NCBI GenBank assembly: GCA_052389595.1
Contig: JBQTHT010000009.1
Location: forward strand, 207 to 64,206
DNA from: Nitrospiraceae bacterium
Lineage (GTDB): Bacteria > Nitrospirota > Nitrospiria > Nitrospirales > Nitrospiraceae
Direction of reading: 5' to 3'
Length of the DNA stretch: 64,000 nucleotides
The position numbers were made by a program, and so were the translations under genes. The notes beneath the pieces were generated by a model. It was not told where the DNA came from and ran no database searches. It saw only the letters and a program-made list of their open reading frames with translations. Below are positions 16,479 through 26,600 of this stretch, one piece after another; position 1 is the first letter of the stretch, and the number at the start of each line of letters is the position of its first letter.

Positions 16479-17503
16479 CACACGAAGAACTGGACGAGGC
16501 AGTGGCGCTGTATGCAGTCGGCGCGTTGGATCGCGCGGAGCGGCAACTCCTTGAAGCACATCTGCTTTCGGGATGTTCCTCATGCCATGCCTCACTCAAG
16601 GAATATCAGGCCGTGGCCACGTTGCTTCCATTCGGTTTACCGCTTTCCTCGCCGCCGCGCGCGCTCAAAACCAAGATCATGGCGGCTCGCACGCCCGCGA
16701 TTCCGAGTCCGTCTGAGACTGTCAAAGAACCCGGCACACCAAGCCTAGAGCCGGGCGAATGGATGAATCATCTCTTCCCGCCGATCACACCCACTCGCTC
16801 TCTTCCGTTCAGATTTGCGATGGGTTTTGCCGCTTTAGCGATTGTTGCCGTGACAGGATATGTCGGGTGGTCCCTGTATTCTCGGGTGGCAACGGAAAGT
16901 GGAAAGGTAGAGCAGTTGCAAACGGCCTTACAAAAGGACACGACGAAGCTTGCCTCTTTTCAGCGGGAGCTGTCCGAACGGGAGACCGCCTTGGGCAGAC
17001 TGCGCCAGGAATTACAACAACGTAACACCGACATCCAGGAGTTTCGCGACATCGTGATCCAGCGCGAAGCGGAGTTGGACGACTTGCGTAACCAACTGGC
17101 ACTTCTGGAAAAGGCCTCCAGCGCAACGCGCAAAGGACGCTCACAGCAAGATGAATTGGCGACACTGTTGCGGGCGCCGGACGTGCGCGTCGTAACCTTA
17201 GCCGGATCGAGTATTGCCAAAGGCGCCAGCGGCTTGTTGCTCTACGATCCTCATACAAAGAAAGCATGGCTCTACGCCGTTAATCTCCCGGAATGTCCAA
17301 GTGGTACGATTTATCAAGTTTGGGGTATCGATGAGAAACCTGTGAGTGTCGATACGTTTCATATCGACACTGGGCAAACGGCGCATTTGTTGAGCAAGCG
17401 ATTACCCGACTTTCCCCGTATGAAACAATTCGCGGTCAGCCTCGAACCGGTCGGTGGCCGTCCCCAACCAACCGGCGCGATTTATCTTCAAGGTCAGCTC
17501 TAA
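16475..17503 (+). CDS. anti-sigma factor (zf-HC2 N-terminus, RskA-like C-terminus)
   Basis: LYAVGALDRAERQLLEAHLLSGCSSCHASLKEY is followed by a TM segment and a coiled-coil. The C-terminal part reads ...YQVWGIDEKPVSVDTF. Its start overlaps the sigma gene (ATGA). Confidence 0.8.
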   Translation: MTHEELDEAVALYAVGALDRAERQLLEAHLLSGCSSCHASLKEYQAVATLLPFGLPLSSPPRALKTKIMAARTPAIPSPSETVKEPGTPSLEPGEWMNHLFPPITPTRSLPFRFAMGFAALAIVAVTGYVGWSLYSRVATESGKVEQLQTALQKDTTKLASFQRELSERETALGRLRQELQQRNTDIQEFRDIVIQREAELDDLRNQLALLEKASSATRKGRSQQDELATLLRAPDVRVVTLAGSSIAKGASGLLLYDPHTKKAWLYAVNLPECPSGTIYQVWGIDEKPVSVDTFHIDTGQTAHLLSKRLPDFPRMKQFAVSLEPVGGRPQPTGAIYLQGQL

Positions 17504-17641
17504 GCACTTCTTTGTTCTGCCTGCCCATACATATATCTGCCTCGGGGTCAGTGCCTTCTCTCAAAAATGACAGTGTGCTAGGATAGCGCCATCGTAGACC
17601 ATCCCCTGCGCTTCACACGACCACAGATTGTCTAGGGCGAT

Positions 17642-18139
17642 ATGACGGAGTGTCTCCGGAGGGATTTCGAATTCATGCAGCTGGCATTGGAGCATGCGAA
17701 GCTGGCTCCTGCCCTGGGCGAGGTACCTATCGCGGCGTTGCTCGTGCTGGACGGGCAGATTCTGGCGCAGGCGCATAATTATCGAGAAGTGTGGCAAGAT
17801 CCTACCGCTCATGCGGAGATCGTTGCCATTCGCGCAGCGGCCCGGCGACGTCCTAGCTGGCGGCTGACAGGCGTCACGCTGTACGTCACGGTCGAACCTT
17901 GCTTAATGTGCGCCGGAGCGATCATTCAGTCGCGTGTTTCCAGACTAGTGTTTGGAGCGCGGGATCCAAAAGCGGGGGCCTGCGGATCGGTATTCGATAT
18001 CCCGGCCGAGCGACGATTGAACCATCGGATAGAGGTCACAGGAGGAGTCTTGGAGGAGCAGAGTCAGGCACTACTGCAGACGTTTTTTCGAAACTTGCGG
18101 GTCGATGTGAGCGAGCGGACGGGGGTCCAACCGCGGTAG
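17642..18139 (+). CDS. tadA: tRNA adenosine(34) deaminase
   Basis: It carries the HAE...PCLMCAGA zinc-binding deaminase motifs and the typical length. Confidence 0.9.
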   Translation: MTECLRRDFEFMQLALEHAKLAPALGEVPIAALLVLDGQILAQAHNYREVWQDPTAHAEIVAIRAAARRRPSWRLTGVTLYVTVEPCLMCAGAIIQSRVSRLVFGARDPKAGACGSVFDIPAERRLNHRIEVTGGVLEEQSQALLQTFFRNLRVDVSERTGVQPR

Positions 18140-18141
18140 GC

Positions 18142-18930
18142 CTATGACAACGTCGCGATAGCCCATCCATCGTCTCTTGGCCATTCTTGGTATGTGACGT
18201 CCCAATTCTCTCCTTCAGCCGCCACCGAACCGACATAGCCGGGCTTGACGGAAAGCGTTCGAATAAGCCAGGGGTTGCATGCATCCCTGCCTGATACATT
18301 GACTCGCGCCTTTCCGGAGACCAAAGAGATTTCACATTGACTCAAGGGAACGGAAAGACCACTGCCTCTGCCCTTCAGATAAGACTCCTTACAGGTCCAA
18401 TAGACAAAAAACAGCCGCTTGGCTTCGTGGGGAGGCTGCTGTCGAAGGCGCTCAAATTCAGTGGTTGAGAAGAAGCGCGCGGCCAGTGCCATCGCCTCCA
18501 CGTCGTCACGGAGCGCCTCAAGATCTACCCCGACTTCCCGTTCTCTTGCAAAGGCGAACAGACCCAGCTCGTGAGAATGAGACAGATTAAATTGCAGGCG
18601 CCCGGAAATATTCGAGGGATTATGAAGAAACGGTTTTCCCTGCGCCCCTGAACGAAACACCAGCGTGGAAGGCGCCAGACGTTCATAGAGACCCACGAGT
18701 GTCCGGAGAATTCCGTGCGCGGCGATAAACCGTATGCGGTCACATGGGAATACAAAGCGGCTCGCCCTCATGCGTTCATCGTCCGATAAAATCCGTTCGA
18801 GTTGAACGATCTGAGGTTCGGGGAGCGCCAACGAAGCCTGCCACACATGGACATCCGTCGACGTTATCTGATAGGGCTGAGAAGGAGGGCGATTCTGTGA
18901 AGGCTCGCTGATCATCTGCCGGCTTGACAT
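18142..18930 (-). CDS. Sfp-type 4'-phosphopantetheinyl transferase
   Basis: It has the FNLSHS, VGVDLE and WTCKESYLKGRG motifs. It is the last gene of the NRPS operon. Confidence 0.85.
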   Translation of the reverse strand: MSSRQMISEPSQNRPPSQPYQITSTDVHVWQASLALPEPQIVQLERILSDDERMRASRFVFPCDRIRFIAAHGILRTLVGLYERLAPSTLVFRSGAQGKPFLHNPSNISGRLQFNLSHSHELGLFAFAREREVGVDLEALRDDVEAMALAARFFSTTEFERLRQQPPHEAKRLFFVYWTCKESYLKGRGSGLSVPLSQCEISLVSGKARVNVSGRDACNPWLIRTLSVKPGYVGSVAAEGENWDVTYQEWPRDDGWAIATLS

Positions 18931-18960
18931 ACAGAGCGCTTATCTTGGTAATGGATTCGA

Positions 18961-20646
18961 TTAAGCATTCTGGACGGAACGCAAGACCCGATCGCGATAT
19001 GAAGACCCGCTCCACGACTCTACAATTTTCCCATCATTCAACTTTACAATTCGATCACCCAGATGGAAGTAGCGATCATCGTGCGTGATGACCGCTACGC
19101 CCTTGCCGCCGGCGCGTAGTTCCGGCAACAGCTCCTTGTAGAAGACCTCCTTGTATTGAGGATCCTGATCAGCCGCCCACTCGTCAAAGATATAGAATGG
19201 GCGGTCTTCCAGATAAGCGGTCAATAAGGCCATACGCCTTCGCTGCCCCTGCGACAAGTCCGTCGTGGAGAGACGTTCCCCAATGAGATGGACTTTATGA
19301 GCGATCTCGAGCCGGCGCAGATAATTTGTCGCGCGCTCATTCATGTGAGCGGAGTCCAGCCCCAGCAACTTCTCGAACAGATAAAAATCCGAGAATACCA
19401 CGGAGATGAGCTCCCGCAACCACTCTCGATTCGAGTCAGTGATCACTTGCCCATTGACACGAAGCGTGCCCGCTTGTGGGCGATACAATCCCGTTAATAC
19501 TTTGACCAAGGTAGATTTGCCGCTTCCGTTTCCTCCGACGACAAAGACCAGTTCGCCCGGCCTCAGATGGAAATCGAGGGGACCCAGCACAAACTGATTG
19601 TGCTCATCTTGAGGACCGTCGTGGTAGCGAAATACGATGCTCTCCAACTCGAGACCAACATCTGAACGAAGGACGGAAGTAGACGCCACAGGGCTCGCTG
19701 GTGCGTGCTCCGCTGAGTCAAGCGAGAGTCCCAGCGCATCGATCGTGTCCAGCGCGACCTGACCTCTGACCAAAGTCGGGAGCGTGCCGAGCACACCCCA
19801 CATGGGTCCCATCATATAGAGCATCGCGAAGACATACCCCGTGAGCGTTTCAGTCGGCAGCGCAAGATACTCGGGAAATATCAGGAGCACAGCGCCGATC
19901 AGACCATAAAACAGGACTTGTGTCCAGCCGTCTGCGACCAGGTATTGTTTCGTTGCAGCCAGGTTCAAATCTCGGAAGGTCAGCGCCGCTGGTCCAATCT
20001 CTTCGGAAAGGAACGCTTCGCGGCGACGCTTGTGTACCATCAATTCCTTGATGCCTTCGGTCAGGCTTCTGAAGTGATGGAAAAGGAGGCTTCGACGGTC
20101 CCGCGCGGCATGAATCACCGTGAACGCCCGATCATACAGCACCTTATAGGTCGCTGCGCCCACCATCGTCAAAACCAAAACCATCACGAACAGTTTCCAA
20201 GACAACCATGTCAGATAGACCGCGCACCCTGCGAGTATGGCTCCATTGATGACAAGACTGGGGACAGATTGCAGAGCCCAGGCGAGCGAGCTTACGTCGT
20301 CGGTGAGAGTCGCGAAAATGTGCGCCTGACCTTTCTTCTCCAATATTCGGAACGGCGCATTGGCGATGCTCGCGCACAGCTTCAGGCCAAGGTCCAGGAT
20401 CGTGTCTTGCGCGAAATACACGAGCCATAGCTGAGACAGTCCGCTTGTGACGATCTTCAAGATTGCTAGGCCGACAAATGCTAACGCCAGCGCTCTCGGC
20501 GCTCCTCCCGTCTCATGGAGCAAAGTATTCATCACCGCAAGAAGCCCTGCGCTGCAGAACCCCGAGAGAATACCGGCTACGATCAGCAGAGCCAGCCGAG
20601 GTTTGGATCCGCGCAGCAAAAACGAAAGGAACTTTCGAATATTCAC
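18961..20646 (-). CDS. cyclic-peptide-type ABC exporter (fused TMD-NBD)
   Basis: The N-terminal TMD resembles SyrD/PvdE-type cyclic peptide transporters. It has Walker A GGNGSGKST, signature LSQGQRRR and Walker B YIFDEWAADQD. Confidence 0.85.
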   Translation of the reverse strand: MNIRKFLSFLLRGSKPRLALLIVAGILSGFCSAGLLAVMNTLLHETGGAPRALALAFVGLAILKIVTSGLSQLWLVYFAQDTILDLGLKLCASIANAPFRILEKKGQAHIFATLTDDVSSLAWALQSVPSLVINGAILAGCAVYLTWLSWKLFVMVLVLTMVGAATYKVLYDRAFTVIHAARDRRSLLFHHFRSLTEGIKELMVHKRRREAFLSEEIGPAALTFRDLNLAATKQYLVADGWTQVLFYGLIGAVLLIFPEYLALPTETLTGYVFAMLYMMGPMWGVLGTLPTLVRGQVALDTIDALGLSLDSAEHAPASPVASTSVLRSDVGLELESIVFRYHDGPQDEHNQFVLGPLDFHLRPGELVFVVGGNGSGKSTLVKVLTGLYRPQAGTLRVNGQVITDSNREWLRELISVVFSDFYLFEKLLGLDSAHMNERATNYLRRLEIAHKVHLIGERLSTTDLSQGQRRRMALLTAYLEDRPFYIFDEWAADQDPQYKEVFYKELLPELRAGGKGVAVITHDDRYFHLGDRIVKLNDGKIVESWSGSSYRDRVLRSVQNA

Positions 20647-20672
20647 AGCCCATCCCTCAGTATCGAGTTCAC

Positions 20673-23600
20673 CTAGACCCTGTCATAGCTGCCAGCCGAA
20701 CGTGAAGCGTCTGCCTGAAATTCACCGGCGTCGATCGCCCATTCTTCGGCCAAATAGCTTTGAAGATTGTGCGCAAGTTCTCGAACGTGAGGGGGAACGA
20801 ACAACCGTCCGGAGTCCTCGGCGCTGATGAAGACGGTGCGATCGCCCAAGAGCGCAAATTCGCTCCAGGCCATCCGCGTATCCTCCGTGGAATCCGACAG
20901 CGGACGATGGGAGGCAATGACGTTCAAGAGCCGGCCCCGATACGCTTTCGGTTCATACCGTGCCACTGCATGGAACGTGGCTCTTGCGACAAGATCGGTA
21001 TGATCCATTTCCGGACCCTCGACAAACCCCTGAACCGTCCGCAACCGTTCACGCCAGTACGCCGGCCACAGCCAGATGGGCGGTTTGTCTCGATGCTCCC
21101 GGTGAGACCGTGGATGCCATGATTCCATGATCGTGAGGATCACCCTCTCGCCTTGCCCCGAGAGTTGCTGAGCCATTTCATACGCCACCACTCCTCCCGT
21201 GCAAGTCCCTCCGATCAGATAAGGACCCTTCGGACTGACCGTTCGGATCTCTTGAACGTAGTGCGCGGCCATCTCTTCCACCCGCGTAAACGGTTGTTCC
21301 CGACCATCAAGTCCTCGCGATTGTAATCCATAGAACGGTTGCTCCTGCCCCAGCAATTTTGAGAGCCGCGCAAAGACCAACACGTTACCGCCGACTCCCG
21401 GAACCACGAAGAACGGCGGTTTGGCGCCGCCAGGCTGAATGGCGACCAAGGAATTCCATCGCACCACGCATCCGGTATGACTTAACACCTCAGCAAGCGA
21501 TTCGATCGTCGGCGCCTGAAATAAGAGCGACATGGGCACACGCTTTCCTAAAGACTGCCCGATGGCATTGAACATTTGAAGCGCCAAGAGAGAATGTCCC
21601 CCCAGATCGAAGAAATTATCCCGCACGCTGATATGGGGAACTTCTAAGACCTGTTCCCAGATCGCAGCTAATTGCAGTTCGAGGCGACTCCTCGGCGCAA
21701 CATGTCGGGAGGACATCTCCCAAGGATGCTCCCCGGGCGCCGGCAGCGCGAGTCGATCCACTTTTCCGTTGGGGGTAAGGGGTAGGACATCCAACTGTTC
21801 CACGGTCGGCGGTATCATATATTCCGGCACCTGTTCCCTCAGTTTCCTCCGCAGTTGGTCTGGGTCAAGCGCCGCACCTTTTCGAAGAACCACATAGGCC
21901 ACAAGCCGCTTCTCACCAGGAGTATCTTCTCGTGAGATAACCACACAGTCCTTGATTGTTTGCTCCTCGCGCAAGATTGATTCGATTTCCCCGAGTTCGA
22001 TTCTGAATCCACGCACTTTGACTTGATGGTCCGACCGCCCGAGACACTCAATGCGTCCGTCAGGGAGCCATCGCGCCTCATCACCGGTCTTGTACATTCG
22101 TTCCCTTCCCCGAAGGAACGGGCTTGCGACAAATCGAGTATTCGTCAATTCAGGAGCCGCGCGATAGCCTCGCGCAAGCCCCAATCCCCCAATATACAAA
22201 TCTCCTGGGATTCCCACAGGAACCGGTTCCAATCTGGAGTCGAGAATATAGATCTGGGTATTCGCGATCGGACGACCGATCGAAATCGTCTCCGCGCCTG
22301 CGTCCACTTTTTCTAGAGTGGACCAAATGGTGGTTTCCGTCGGTCCGTACATGTTCCACACTGATCCCGCGCGCCGCAAGAGCTTCTGGGCCAGATCATG
22401 GGAGAGTGCTTCGCCTCCGCACAATGCTTGGAGCTTCGGCGATCCGGTCCATCCTGCTTGCAGCACCATCTGCCAAGTCGCCGGCGTGGCCTGCATCGCC
22501 GTGATGCCGTGGTCATCGAGTTGCTCGCGCAACCAGGCGCCATCTGATGCTTCCTCCCGAGTCGCCATCACAACCGTCGCGCCCGCAAGGAGAGGGAGGT
22601 AGATCTCAAGTCCCGCAATATCAAACGACAGCGTCGTCACAGAGAGGAATCGATCCTGTGCCGTCAATCCAGGCTCACGCCGCATGGATTGCAAGAGGTT
22701 CACCAAGGCGACATGTTCTATCTCCACGCCTTTGGGTTGGCCCGTGGAGCCGGACGTATAGATGACGTACACCAGGTGCCGCAACCCTGCTTGTGGAGCC
22801 GGATTTTCCTTGCTCTGTCGCGCCAAGGACCCCTGTTCACAATCAAGCTGTATCACTCGAGTGGCTGTTGGAGACACCATCTTGGCAAGCTTCTCCGTTG
22901 TGACCAGAAGCGCCGCCCCGCTATGCTCCAGCATGTAGGAGATGCGCTTGGTAGGGAGTCCGGGGGCGAGAGGGAGATAGGCGCCGCCGGCTTTCATGAT
23001 TCCCAGCAAGCAAGCGACAAGGTCCGGCGAAGGTTCCATCAATACGGCGACGAGGTCCTCAGCCTTTACATTCATGGCCCGTAGGTGGTGGGCAATCTGA
23101 TTGGCCTTCTCGTTCAGCTCGTGATAGGAGATCTCCTGCCCTTGGCAGGATACGGCGGGTCTTAGCGGACATTCTTTGACTCGGGCTTCGAACAACTGTG
23201 GAAAACACACGTCGTTCTGATCATTCGTGGTTGTCTCATTCCATACCTCAAGGAGCTGCCGTCGTTCCTGTTCGGTGAGAAGCCGCAATCGGGAGACGGC
23301 TGTGTCCGGCCTCTCGACGATCGCTTCCAGCAATGTCCGATAGTGGCCGAGCCAGCGTTCCATCGACTCCCGGTCGAACAGGTCCGTATTGAATTCCAAA
23401 TAGATTCGCTTCGACAGGGTCGGATCGATCGAAAGGCTGAGATCGAACTGCGACGCCCCTCGGTCCAGTTCAAAAGGCGCCCACGAGAGGTGTTTGAAGT
23501 CAACTCGGCCGAAGGGAGTATTGGCGAAATTGAATAAGACTTGAACGAGAGGTTGCCCTCCATGGCTTCGGTCCGGGTGCAGTTCTTCGACTAATTTATC

Positions 23601-26600
23601 GAACGGCAAATCTTGGTGGGCGTAGGCTTCCAACGTGGTGTCTCGGACGCGAGCCAACAGCGTTCGGAAACTCGGCTCACCTGAGACATCCGTCCGCAAT
23701 ACAAGCGTGTTCACAAAGGTACCGATCAGGCCTTCGATCGCCAACAGATTGCGGTTCGCAATCGGTGTCCCAATAGCAATATCATCTTGTGCCGTCACGC
23801 GATGCAGCAATGTCACGAACCCGGCTAGGAACACCATATACAGCGTCGCGCCCTCTTCGATGCTCAGCTGTTTCAGACTGTTTATCAGGGATCGAGGCAG
23901 ATCCATTGAGAGATATGTTCCACGGAAGGACTGCGTGGCTGGACGAGGGCGATCCGTCGGCAACGCCAAGATTTGCATTTCGGCCAAACGATTCCTCCAA
24001 TAGGCCAAATGATCATCCAGCACAGGCCCCTGCAGATACGCACGTTGCCAACACGCAAAGTCAGCGTACTGGATCTGAAGAACTGGTTCGACTGCCGACG
24101 GCTTCCCCTCACAGAAGGCGTTGTAGGAATGGACTAACTCTCGTGCAATGACGCCGTACGACCATTGATCGGAAATAATATGATGCGTGGTAACAGTCAC
24201 AAGATGTTCTTCATCGCTCATTTGAACCAGAACCACCCTGATCAGCGGGCCCGTGGACAAGTTGAACGGACACCGTGCTTCGTCGGTCACCACACCGACA
24301 GCTTCCTCTTCCCTAGAGCCCTTTGAAGTTTGTCGCAGATCGACTTTCCGGATCGTCACGGGCAGTTCCGCATGTACGACTTGGACAGGTCGCCCGTCGA
24401 TCGCATGGAAGGTGGTCCGGAGTGATTCGTGACGGGAGATGAGCACCCGGAGGCTATGGTCAAACGCTTCATAATTGAAAGGCCCGGACAATCGCACGCT
24501 CACCGGAATGTTATACGCCGCACTCTCTGGAGCAAGTTGGTAGAGAAACCACATCCGTTCTTGAGCGAACGAGAGTGGCAACGGTTCTGCGCGGGAGACA
24601 GGGAGAATAGACGGTATCTCCGCGTGAGGTAACGGAGTGCGGCCTTTTTGGAGCCAAGTCGAAAGGTCTGCGATCGTGGGCGTTTCAAAGAGCACTCGGA
24701 GAGGAGGCTCACGCTGAAAGAGTGGCCGCAGTCGCGAGAACAATTGGGTTGCCAAGAGCGAATGGCCGCCTAGCTCAAAAAAATTGTCGTGCACACCCAC
24801 ATCCTTGAGATCGAGAATCTCGCCCCATAGCTGCGCCAAGAGCTGTTCCGTGGGGTCCCGCGGCGCCACGTATTGCGATGTCAGGTGGGGAATCCTCGCA
24901 CGACTGGTGGCCGGCGCCTGCAAGGCCTTCCGATCCACCTTTCCATTTGGTGTGAGCGGCAGGGTATCGAGTTCCACAAACGCCGATGGAATCATATAGT
25001 CCGGAAGACGCTCCCTTAGGAATAGACGCAATTGCTCGACACTGAGCGCGCTCTGCGGAGCCGCAACAACAAATGCAACCAAGCGCTTATCGCCCGGAAG
25101 CTCTTCCCGCACTTCGACCACGGCCTCTCGAACACCAGCATGCGTCGCTAAAGCCGTTTCGATTTCACCCAGCTCGATACGGTGACCTCGAATTTTTACT
25201 TGCCGATCGACTCGACCAAGAAACTCCAGCGTGCCGTTCGCCGCCCACCGAACCATATCGCCCGTTCGATAGAGGCGTGCGTGGGTGTCCGAATTGAAGG
25301 GATTCCGAATGAATCTCTCCGCGGTCAGGTCGGGGAGCTTGAAATATCCCCGAGCCAGTCCCACACCTGCAACAAATAGTTCCCCGGGAGTCCCGATCGG
25401 TACAGGTTGCAGGTGTGGGTCAAGCACGTAGACTTGGACATTCTGTATCGCTCTCCCAATGGGGACCTCTCGAACAGAATTAAGATCAGTCTCAGGCTCC
25501 GTCAGGTCGCACATGGTGGCGGCCACAGTGACTTCCGTGGGCCCGTAGGTGTTGAACAACTTGACACGATGGCCGACATGTTGTCGCCAAGCCACGAGGG
25601 GCTGTCTCAGCGCGCGTTCTCCTCCGATCACGACCGAATGCACGTCGGGCGGCAGTCCAAGCCGTTCGGCGTGGAGGTGAGTCGCCAGTTGATGCCAATA
25701 GGCAGTCGGTAAATCCAGAACGGTGACCTGCCATTCACGGCACTTCTGCAAAAAGCCCGACATCGAATCCAACATGGCGCTCGTCCGCAGGACCAGTGTG
25801 GCGCCTCGCATCAGACAGGGAAAAATCTCCTCGGCCGCCGTATCGAAGCTGATGGAGGCGAGCTGAAGCGTTCGGTCCCCTGGAACCAGGTGAACCTGCG
25901 TCGCCATGGCTTCCGCGTAATTGACGACCGACCGATGTTCCACCATGACGCCTTTGGGTTTTCCAGTGGAACCGGACGTATAGATCACATAGGCAAGATT
26001 TCCGCTGGTCACGCCGCTTGCCGAGCATTCTTCATCTACCTGGACAATCGTCGATGATGAAGTCTCCAAATATATGGTCTGGGCGTCGTGATCCGGAAGC
26101 CGAGCATTCAAATGCTGCTGAGTCACGAGAATCGGCGCCCGGGCATCCTCCAACATAGCCGTCAAGCGTTTCTTCGGGTATTCGGGATCCAACGGCACAT
26201 AGGCCCCGCCGGCTTTCAAAATTCCGAGAAGCCCAACGATGAGGTCAACAGATCGCTCCACGCACAATCCGACCAGTACATCGGGCCCTACTCCACATTT
26301 CCGTAGTCGATGACCGAGCTGATTAGCACGCCGTTGCAATTCGCGATATGTCAACCGGCGTTCCTCATGCATGACTGCTACCGCCTCCGGGGCGCGCGCT
26401 ACTTGGGCGTCGAATAGTTCGTGCAGACATCGTGTATCTGAATACTTCGTCCGGGTGTCGTTCCATGCCACCAGCACCTGACGTCGCTCGTCGGCTGTCA
26501 TCAGCGGCAACTCTGACAATGGTTGACCCGGTTGCTCTACGATTCCCTTTAGCAGGACGTGGAAGTGTTCCTGCATCCGCTCAATAGTTTCAGCATCGAA

